Below are positions 1 to 8,551 of a DNA stretch of 64,000 nt, one piece after another. Both the position numbers and the translations under genes were made by a program. The notes beneath the pieces were generated by a model. It was not told where the DNA came from, searched no databases, and was given only the letters and a program-made list of their open reading frames with translations. This DNA is from an uncultured Verrucomicrobiae bacterium (lineage in GTDB: Bacteria; Verrucomicrobiota; Verrucomicrobiia; Chthoniobacterales; Chthoniobacteraceae), in contig CAWHEP010000012.1 of NCBI GenBank assembly GCA_963828525.1, positions 1 to 64,000 on the forward strand. The letters are read 5' to 3'. The first letter of the stretch is position 1. Every line of letters starts with the position of its first letter.

Positions 1-1093
1 GAGCTTATCGATCTCCTTTTTAAGCTGCTCCCACTCGCCTTTTTTTTGCAGCCGAGCCACAACGGCATTTTGGAACGTCACCTTGTTGTAGTCGCCGGCG
101 AACTCGCCCACGGCCGTCGGGACTTCCCGCGCGGAACAGTCAAACCATCCATAACCGGCAGCCGTTTTTGCCCCGATTCCAAACGTTTCCAAGCCGCCAC
201 GCAGCCATTCACGCGCTGCGGCGAGCAAGTCTTTGTCCTTGCCGAGGACAGGGAAAGCGAACTCGTGGCCCGCCGCGACGGTAGGAAAAATGACGGGTGT
301 CGGATCTCCGTGTCCAGCGCCACGGGCATCTCGAGCGCCGCCACCGGGCGATTTCTTTGCCCCGTAGTACTGCACGTGGTGACAGGTGAGCGCATCGAGC
401 TCCAAATCACGCGAAGGCGAGATGCGAGGATACGCCGCAAGGAAACAGACCCTTCCCGCGCAGGCCGGAAGTTGTTTCCATAACCGTTGGTCGCCTTTGG
501 GAGTCTGCCGCAACCGTCTTGCGAGGCGCTCCGCAACGGCCGGGCGAATCTCTTCCCAGCGCGCTCCTTCGCCACACGCAAACTCGAAATCCGAGTGGAG
601 TTCACCGAGGTTGCCGCTTCTGTCCTTCTTCCTGCCTTCTTTCCAATCTGTGTCGCCCCATCCAAAAACGAGCGCGAGCGATTCCAGTTGCGTGATCTTT
701 TGCTCGTCGGACGGGAGTTCTGACGCTGCCTGGATGGCCTTGCGTCTGGCGCAGCCCTTCACCGCGCTGCCGGGTATGAAGGGGATGCCGGTAAGACGAT
801 CCAGACACATCCCGGCGTTTTCCATGATCCGCCGGCCATATTCACCATCAGGCGGGACTGCAAGACCCGTCACAACCTCGCCGGACGTCCTCTGCGCTGG
901 AAAGGAAGGACTTCCAGGATTCGCGTTTGAAAGAGAGCGCGGGCTTTGCGATTGCTCGCTCGAAGAACTTCCTCCTTGCCTCTTCCTTTGCCCCCGGGTC
1001 TGCGAAACGCTCCAGGAGCAGACTTCGAGATTCGCACTTCACTGCGTTGTCGCCGAGCGTGGCGCTGGTATCCTTTGGCAGGTGGAGGGCCAT
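1..1093 (-). CDS. cmr6: Type III-B CRISPR RAMP Cmr6 (frameshifted; runs off left edge)
   Basis: Reconstructed across frames: MALHLPKDT..SRSLLLERF, ENAGMCLDRLTGIPFIPGSAVKG, DLELDALTCHHVQYY, PTPVIFPTV and the G-rich loop GIGAKTAAGYGWF. No stop before base 1. Confidence 0.88.
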
Positions 1094-1098
1094 CGCGG

Positions 1099-1498
1099 TT
1101 AGCTCCTGCGGAATCGCTTGAGATAGCCAAGGTAGGCGAGAGCCTCCTGCGTGGCTTGCTGGAGCACCAGCGAGTCACTGCTGGTTAACTTCTCGATGAA
1201 CGCTTTCAGATCGCTGGTGTCGTCCGGCCAGAGCTTCAAACCGCCGTCACCCTTCGACTGCAGGAATTCGCCTACTTCCTGCATGAACGTCTTGTATCCT
1301 TTGCCTTTCTCCTGCGCAAAGGAGAGAGTTGCAAGCAATCCGTTGTTGAGGATGAGCGATCCCAGTCCACGGACGACATCCCCGCCGTTCTCACCCTTGA
1401 TCTCCTTTAAACGGGCTTTGCCCGTTTCCAGGGTTGGGTTTCAACTCATCCCAAAAGTCCAACGCGTGTTTGGCTCTGATCTGTTCCAGATTTGTCAT
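1099..1498 (-). CDS. cmr5: Type III-B small subunit Cmr5 (Cas11), one frameshift
   Basis: AGGAGG RBS (1505-1510), then MTNLEQIRAKHAL...LGSLILNNGLLATLSFAQEK...LQQATQEALAYLGYLKRF. Lies between cmr4 and cmr6. Confidence 0.85.
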
Positions 1499-1508
1499 CG
1501 CATACCTC

Positions 1509-2456
1509 CTACTTTACCGGCTGAAGGTTTAGTGAGCAGTATCCCAATCCCGTCGTTGCGTCTCCGCCGAATTGGAAGACGTTTCCACGGTCAGCAAGCT
1601 TCTTGCCAAAGCAGTCGAGGGCCTGCGCGGCGTCGCGCTCCGTAAAGGGGCCCCGACCATGAGTTGCCGTCACCAAGCTGCAAAACAGGGTTTCTGGTAC
1701 GTTCTCCTGGTTAAAAAGCGCGCCTCCTGCAGCGGTTCCGGTTTCATCGAGTCAATACGCACATGCTCGGCGACTTCGCAGGCGGATATGGCGAAAAAAA
1801 CTCATCATCCCGACTGCAGTATAACAGAGCCGCGAAGCGATCTCACCCCACAGGAGATACCTCTCCGGGAACGATCTTTGTGCAAACGCGGCAGCAATCA
1901 GGGGATGGGCAATCCCCAGCCCGCGCAAACGTGTATCCTCCAGAACCATCTTCCCATCAATATCCAGCTTTCCATTGGTGAATAGAGCCTCGCCATCTTT
2001 TGGCTCAGACAGTTCTCCCAAGCTATCTGGATCGAGCGCGCCGTCCCGCGCCGCCCTTTGCAGCATCAGCGGACACGTTATCCAGGCGAAACAGCCGCGC
2101 GCTGAGCGGATGGGAAAAGCAAGGAGGCGCGCCTCTGAAAATAACAGCGAACCGGCGAGCGCCATTTTGTCGTTATTGGAACCGAACAGCCATCCCGCAT
2201 CTGAGAGTTTGTCAGAGGCGTGCTTTGTTTCATCAACTTCGCGGGTCGTTATCCGCAGATGCTTCTTATCTCCCTGCTCGTGCAGATCATCATTCCATGC
2301 GTCGCTGAAACTGCCCTTCAGCGAACTAGCCGGTATGATCGGAAATCCCGTATGCCGCTCCCGCTGCACTGGCTGGTCGATTGCCCCAACGCTAGCCCCG
2401 GCGCCCACGTGCAGGGGCGTGCGTGTAAAGATGTAGAGAAGTTTCGTTTGCATCAT
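1509..2456 (-). CDS. cmr4: Type III-B backbone RNase Cmr4 (frameshifted in 3' part)
   Basis: TPLHVGAGASVGAIDQPVQRERHTGFPIIPASSLKG (catalytic Asp retained), EARLLAFPIRS, and C-terminal QFGGDATTGLG in another frame. Confidence 0.92.
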
Positions 2457-2500
2457 ATGTAAGTGGATTCTGTGATTCTAGCCGTTGAATGGCGGACGCG

Positions 2501-3894
2501 TCACGGCGAAGAACGTCCGGGGACGTCCCCGCTGTGAAACTTCCACGATCCGCAGATGCCGGTCCAAACCCTTTTCGCCCATAACCGTGCTGCGGCGATT
2601 TCCGATGGCTCTAAAATCCTTGTCCCGGCCGTGCCAGTTTAGCGCCGCCGCGAGCTTTACCGCGTCATCGGCCGTGCCAGCTTCGAAGTAATACACGGAA
2701 CCCGCGGGGACGGCGAGATGCGCGGACTTTGCTCCGCCGCCTTCTCTTTCGACGTCTCCCTCAATGGGCAGAGCGTATCCCGTAACGGGAACAGCCTTGC
2801 CCACCATGGCCGCGACCAGCCTCGCGCTGATGTTCGGCGTTGAAGAATAGCCCTTGCCGCCATAGTTCAGGGTTCGGCGGCTGCGGCGTTCTTCGAAACT
2901 TATCGTCTGGAGTAAGACCTCTCCCGAGTCGGGGGAAATCCAGTTCGGCAGCCAGCCTCCCGGGTGGAACTTCGTGGGAGTGCCCCTCCTGGATATTCCT
3001 TCCGGAATTTGCGGCCAGATCGCGGGTGTCAGCAAAATCCACTTCACGAGATGACTCGTCCCATCCACAGCGAAGCCATCGCCCATTCCAGCGGGGAGCG
3101 GCAGCTTGCCCTCCGAAACGATCCGGCGGGCGGAGCAGGTTCGTTGCTGGCCGCCCACGATGATGCGGTTCCCGCTTTCGAACAGCTTCTCTATGAAGTC
3201 CGCATCGCCAATTCCCCGATCTTTGGCTTCTTGCCAGCAGCCCCAGTGAAACGCGGCTGCGACGCGAGAGTGCGAGGATCAACAGGCCTTCCCTACCGTG
3301 CCGGTGGCGGGATCGATCCCAATGCCGTAACTGTGCTCTGTATCGGCAAGCTCCGAGTCATCCTTGGAGCAAACCGTCGCCTTGGAAGAGAGGCCGAAGA
3401 TATGTTGTGGAACGCCGCCGAATTCCACGAGCCTACAACGTCGTCTATGAAGCAGGCTGCGAGTTGGCGGCCGCGTATCTGGAGCGGTTGAGGCAAACTA
3501 GAGCTTCCTTTGTTTCCTCTAACCGGGAAGTAGCACAGGCGCCTCGCCTCCGGCATCGAGCGGACGGGGGAAAAACCAGGCGCGATCCTCTTCTCCGCCC
3601 TGCGGCTTTGTCGCGGTAACGACCGGGAACGGACCCGCTGTCGCCAGCGAGCCAAACTTTCGGGCCTGAGTGTCCCGATCTTCGCTATGGATGTGGCCGC
3701 TGCGTGACGCGCGATGGGTGTGCCCATCCGCCGCAAAGCCCGCCCGATGCAGCGCCACGTCAAGCGCCGCGCTGGTCACGTTGGGCAGCGGCCACGCCGA
3801 GCCGTGTCCCGAAAGCGAGCCGCTCATGGGGCGTCCAGTCCCCGGAAAAACAGGACATCGGTCGGTTCAGAGCAGGATGGTGTTGGGGTCGCAT
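2501..3894 (-). CDS. cmr3: Type III-B Cmr3 (multiple frameshifts)
   Basis: EPTDVLFFR..PMSGSLSGHGSAWPLP, LVKWILLTPAIW, GGWLPNW, AVPAGSVYYF, ending GICGSWKFHSGDVPGRSSP*. Confidence 0.88.
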
Positions 3895-5560
3895 GGTTCT
3901 TCCTCCGCGTCATACGTCTTGGTCCGCTTTGTGAATGCAACCGTTTCACACAACAGCCGGCAGTCCCGGTGACTTCTGCTGGGATACAAACAAGCGCTCC
4001 AAGGTACCGGGCGAGGGGCTCATCCAGCCGGTTGGCAATTTGCGTTGAGCCCTGCCGCTCCGCGGCGTGCCTGAACTCCGTGGAAATGACAGCTGCGGCA
4101 TCGAAGCCGGGCGCGTCCTGTTTGCCGGGAGAGACCACTTCCGGTTTGTCCGGGTCCGGCTCAAGCGGGAAAAAGTCACAGACGCGGTCGCGGAACTTGC
4201 CGCTCAGCGCTTCTTCCGATCCGGCGATGGCGTCGTACCAATGCGAGACCTGCTGGTCGTCCCATCGGCAACCCCACTCTGTGATTTCACCACTGCGTTT
4301 CATGAGGGTGATGGCGACCGCCGACTTCCCGCAGCCCCATCCCCCAGCCGGGAGCTTCTCGCGTTTTTCGGCGCGTCTACCTCGCGGACAATATCCTGGA
4401 GCGGTGACTTAAAGTGCACGATCGCGATGCCGGCGGAACAGTCCAGTGACTTCCCGCCAGCGCCTTTCATGCCGGCCGTTGCCGCGCGAAAAGCGTTCCG
4501 AAGCGCCAGCGCGCAATCCAGGGCGGTGTCAGCGGGCAGCAAGGCGAGAACATCGTCGCCGCCCGCGTAGATCAGCCTCCCATCGTGCTCTTCCACCACC
4601 CGCCGGGCGTCATGGAGGGCGAACACGCTCAGAATGTGGCTAAAGTTGCGGTGATGCTCGGGCGTGACAGCCGTGAAGTCTCCGCTGATCCACCGGCCAA
4701 TCTCATCTCCGTCCAAAGTCAGAACGGCGAAGTAGGTTTCACCAGACATTCCATCCAAATCATCATCTCCCCCGTCCGATTCGGGCTTGTGTCTGGCGAT
4801 ACCCCTGGTGCTCGGAACAGCGATGCTTCCAACTTTTTCTTCCAGATAGACCTTATGCCACACCCTCTTCACCAACGTGCATAGCCCCAAGGTGGTCATC
4901 GTGTTTGAACAGGCTCGCATAAGGTTGCCTTAAGTCTCTTTCCGTAAGTGTGCTCCCCCCGCGATCGCCTCGTCTTTTCCGTTGAGCGAGTCCTTGTCGC
5001 TGCCGATTCTCCATTTCCCGCCTTCATGAGCCCTGAATTCGCGAGTTTGCCGCGCGGCGTCGAGTTGCCAGGCATTGCGGGCAAAAGTTGCGGCATAGTC
5101 CTTCTGTTCCGGAGTGACTTGCCACGAGATCGACAGGTGGTTCTGAGCCTCCATCACGGAAGCTCCGTTCGAGCTGTTCTTCCAAGTTTAGCTCCCGGCG
5201 CTTGTCCCACCGCGTCGCGGCAATTTTCTTCCACTCGGTCTTGATCTCGTCAGCCACTTCCCGGGCAACGCTTTCCGCTAAGTCCAATGGGACACTCGCT
5301 ACGAGGATGTTCGGCAAATTCGGGCGTGAGGAGGAGCGCGACTGTCCGTGGCTTTCGCGCCGTCTCTGTGGAATGCGATAAGGGGCTGGCCTTCTTCAGC
5401 CGGGAAGATGAGTTGCCATCCAACTCCAGAAGCCTGGCGATTCCAGCAGCCATGAGCCAGGAGAGAGATAGCTGCCGCTCCAGAGATCTCGTGCTGCTTC
5501 CGCGCCTGGGCAATGAAATCCTGCACCGGCCCGATCTGGAGCTTGAAGCGCGTCGCTCAT
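3867..5560 (-). CDS. cmr2: Type III-B Cas10/Cmr2, HD-less, with GGDD cyclase motif (multiple frameshifts)
   Basis: N-terminal LQIGPVQDFIAQAR..RDLWSGSY..SWL, YFAVLTLDGDEIG, LIYAGGDDVLALLP, SAGIAIVHFKSPL, MKRSG. Confidence 0.9.
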
Positions 5561-5621
5561 CGAAATTGTGCATAGGGGCTCGGATTTCCATAACCAGGAG
5601 TCGTTCAAACTACTTCAGCCA

Positions 5622-6157
5622 TCAATTATCAGGACGTCCCCGGACGTCACTCGTCGTCTGAACCTTCAGTTTGGGACGGCGATCCTGGCAATCCGGCAGA
5701 TGGGATGCAAGCTTCTTTCCTGCCTCCACGGTGTAAACCAGTCCACGCGATTCGAAATCGCTACTTTCGCGTAAACCTGAAACTCGGAAATTTGGTACCG
5801 AACCTCCCTTGGGTTGTCGCAAGCAGCCGCGCATACCGCCCTTGCCCGCGTTTGTGGAGTGGTTCTGCGCTTCGACCTGTCCGGCCACGGTAAAAGCCGC
5901 CGGCGTCTGGAATTCGGTTCGGGTACCAGAATTGCCAATGGTACTTCTTCTTGTCGATCTTATAGGCGTTTTCGCCATAGCTCGGTTCCTTCTCGATCCC
6001 TGCCGCCACTTAAGCCTCCATTAATGTCCCCGGCACCTTCGCCTTCACCCACTTGTCAGTGGGGAAGCCGGGCGCGGTGCGGCGTGGACGAGGACAGGGA
6101 CCCAGAGGACGCCGCCAGGATTGCAACCATTTTTTGCGCCGCGCGAATCGTGTTCAT
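5622..6157 (-). CDS. Hypothetical secreted protein (frameshifted), directly upstream of cmr2
   Basis: Fragments join to a signal-peptide-like MVAILA..GVLWVPVLVHA|APRPASPTDKWVK followed by GIEKEPSYGENAYKIDKKKYHWQFWYP. No RAMP motifs seen. Confidence 0.45.
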
Positions 6158-6316
6158 CGGGCCGGCTTATTCTTCCGGTCAAGTAGTTTCATGAGGGGGC
6201 GGGCCCGCAGATTGCCCAGGCGGTTTTCCGTATTTTCTTTCTCCGCCCATTTTCTTACAAGTTCTTTTAATGGGTCGGCTCCGGCGTGGTTGGTGGTCCC
6301 ATCTCGCTTGCGTTAT

Positions 6317-6706
6317 TTAAGTTGGTGTAAGCAACCGGAGACCGTGCGATTCGAATCGCATGAAATCGCTTCGGTTTGCAGTGAGCAGGGTTGCCCCTGC
6401 CTGGATTGCGGTGGCGGCGATCAGACAATCCGGGGTTGAAGAGCGGCGGCGTCCTGTATCACTGAATAGAACCGCTGCCAGCTCCGCCGCCTCGCGATCC
6501 AGCGCGACGATTCTGCCGTCGAGCACCTCTCGGGCGTGGGCAAGATGTTCGGCGCTTGCTTCACCGCGCGTGAATTCGTGCCAGGCGATGGCGCAGGCGG
6601 CGGGCACATCGCCCAAACGGATGCGTTCATTGGCGAGTTGAAACAACCGCAGATACGGGTCAGCCAGCGCGATCAGCGCGTTCGTGTCAAAGTGCAACTC
6701 AGCCAC
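6317..6706 (-). CDS. vapC: PIN-domain ribonuclease toxin (VapC family)
   Basis: FDTNALI, WHEF, DCLIAATA, LLTANRSDF carry the acidic PIN residues; 129 aa. Confidence 0.88.
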   Translation of the reverse strand: MAELHFDTNALIALADPYLRLFQLANERIRLGDVPAACAIAWHEFTRGEASAEHLAHAREVLDGRIVALDREAAELAAVLFSDTGRRRSSTPDCLIAATAIQAGATLLTANRSDFMRFESHGLRLLTPT

Positions 6707-6721
6707 GAGACGCGCTGTTCC

Positions 6722-7144
6722 TCAATCCCACGATTCTTTTCGAAGCCGGTCGGCTTCTTCTATCATCCTCTGCACCCGGCCGGCGGGATAAAGAGGCTCG
6801 CGCTGTATCTTTGAGAGCACCTCAAGCGCCCGGCTTCGAGAGGCGTTCGCGTCGCGGGCTACTCGCGCGACCCGGCGAACCGCTTCGGCGGGCGTGACTC
6901 CCCACAGCACGCCAAGGGAACTGAGTTCCGCCAGAAGTTCCTTGTCCAGCGCGTGGCGCGGACTTCCGGCATGCATGGTTGCCGCTGACTCCTCGACGCG
7001 TGAAGAACCCGTCTTCTCCCCGTCCACTCCGAGCACGTGTCGCAGGCCTTCTGATACAAGGTCACGCATTCTGCGGTTTTCATGCGCGGCATGCACTTTC
7101 GCCATCCGGTAAAGATCATCGGGGATTTCCAGTGTCGTTTTCAC
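6722..7144 (-). CDS. Ribbon-helix-helix antitoxin (VapB-like), longer than usual
   Basis: MKTTLEIPDDLYRMAKVHAA..RMRDLVSEGLR is an RHH signature; lies directly upstream of the PIN gene. Confidence 0.8.
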   Translation of the reverse strand: MKTTLEIPDDLYRMAKVHAAHENRRMRDLVSEGLRHVLGVDGEKTGSSRVEESAATMHAGSPRHALDKELLAELSSLGVLWGVTPAEAVRRVARVARDANASRSRALEVLSKIQREPLYPAGRVQRMIEEADRLRKESWD

Positions 7145-7155
7145 ACGCTAACATC

Positions 7156-7178
7156 CCATATTTATGGCTTTATGGCAA
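7156..7178 (-). promoter_or_regulatory. Putative vapBC operator/promoter
   Basis: Palindrome CCATA-TT-TATGG plus direct repeat TTTATGGC x2, overlapping a minus-strand TTGCCA (-35-like) just upstream of the antitoxin start. Confidence 0.45.
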
Positions 7179-7236
7179 GCGTCTCATTTCGAACCGGTGT
7201 GTTGAAGCGTCGCCAAGCCCGTTCTAAAATCCGAGG

Positions 7237-8061
7237 ATGCTAATCCCCCTTGAGGACGGTTTTGCGGATGTAATTGGCAAAGCTCAGCGAGGACTGCGAT
7301 TTTCAACCAGCGAACTCGCGAAGAGAGCGGGCGTCGCTGAACAAGATGCGCGCCGCGTCCTCGACGGAGATTTCGACGAGAAAACCGTCAGGAGGCTGGC
7401 GTCTTCCCTTGCGCTTGATCCGGAAGCGCTATGCATCCTGGCGCGCCGGGAGTGGTTCCCAACGCAACCACCCGCGTTCGATGGTTTTGCAACATTTAAT
7501 ACCCCATTCGACGACATCACTGTGAACGCCTACCTGCTTTGGGATTCCGCAAACAGCGTGGCGATCGCAGTCGACACAGGCGCCGATGTTTCGGATATGT
7601 TGGAGATTCTCGCTTCGCGGGGATTGACGCTTTCGTTAATCCTCATCACTCACGCGCACGGCGACCACATCTTTGATCTCGATCGTTTGCTTGAAAAAAC
7701 CGGAGCCGCCGCGTTCGCGTGTTCCCGAGAGCGTCTTGATGAAGCGGAGGCGTTCGAGCCGGGTCGCATCTTCAAGGCGGGCGAACTGCGTGTGGAAAGT
7801 CGGCTGACGTGTGGCCATTCCGCGGGAGGGATTACGTATGTAGTTTCCGGGCTGAGAAAGGAATTAGCCGTAGTGGGCGACGCTTTATTTGCAGGCTCAA
7901 TGGGTGGAGGCGTTGTCTCCTATCAGGATGCCCTCCGAACGAATCGGGAACAGATTTTTACCCTTCCCGCCGAGACAATCCTTTGCCCCGGGCACGGCCC
8001 TTTGACCACGGTCGGACAGGAGTTGGAACACAACCCGTTCTTTGCCGCGATTGCCACCTGA
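7237..8061 (+). CDS. MBL-fold metallo-hydrolase (glyoxalase II-like) with N-terminal XRE-like HTH
   Basis: THAHGDHI, GHSAGG, GDALF, PGHG motifs; N-terminal SELAKRAGVAEQDARRVL. Confidence 0.85.
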   Translation: MLIPLEDGFADVIGKAQRGLRFSTSELAKRAGVAEQDARRVLDGDFDEKTVRRLASSLALDPEALCILARREWFPTQPPAFDGFATFNTPFDDITVNAYLLWDSANSVAIAVDTGADVSDMLEILASRGLTLSLILITHAHGDHIFDLDRLLEKTGAAAFACSRERLDEAEAFEPGRIFKAGELRVESRLTCGHSAGGITYVVSGLRKELAVVGDALFAGSMGGGVVSYQDALRTNREQIFTLPAETILCPGHGPLTTVGQELEHNPFFAAIAT

Positions 8062-8114
8062 TGAGGGCTCTCTGCCTGAAGAGCCGACGACCTCCGCGCG
8101 GCAGCCCGCCTGCG

Positions 8115-8501
8115 CTACTTGCTCTTCAGCAAATCACGAATTTCGGTCAGCAGGATAACGTCGGCTGGAATCGGAGCAGGCGCGGCAGCCTCTTCCTTTT
8201 TGAAGTGGTTTACGAATTTAACGAGAAGAAAGATCGCCATCGCCACGAGAAGAAAATCGATCGTGTTTTGAAGGAAATTACCGTAATTGATCGTGACAGG
8301 CTTATCGTCGAAGCCGCCGATTCTCCATTTAAGCGCGGTGAAATTAATCCCGCCCACGAGGAGACCGACGGGGGGCATGATGATGTCCGCCACCAGTGAG
8401 GTGACAATCTTGCCGAAAGCCGCTCCGATGATAACGCCCACTGCCAGATCGACGACGTTTCCACGGCTGATGAATGTCTTGAATTCTTTTACGATGCTCA
8501 T
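8115..8501 (-). CDS. mscL: Large-conductance mechanosensitive channel
   Basis: [28 protein letters not shown]...[10 protein letters not shown]. Confidence 0.97.
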   Translation of the reverse strand: MSIVKEFKTFISRGNVVDLAVGVIIGAAFGKIVTSLVADIIMPPVGLLVGGINFTALKWRIGGFDDKPVTINYGNFLQNTIDFLLVAMAIFLLVKFVNHFKKEEAAAPAPIPADVILLTEIRDLLKSK

Positions 8502-8551
8502 TGCCCGTTTCTACCTGCCCGGAGGGCGCTCTGTCAATCACCCCCGGAAGT

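Noticed and set aside
5622..6200. cmr1 gene
   Set aside because: Position fits, but no TPxFxGG, GxLRxWxR or GxGxRxRRGxG RAMP motifs could be found in the minus-strand frames.
1..7236. CRISPR repeat-spacer array next to the cmr genes
   Set aside because: No regularly spaced 25-40-bp direct repeats were found here or in other intergenic regions of the window.
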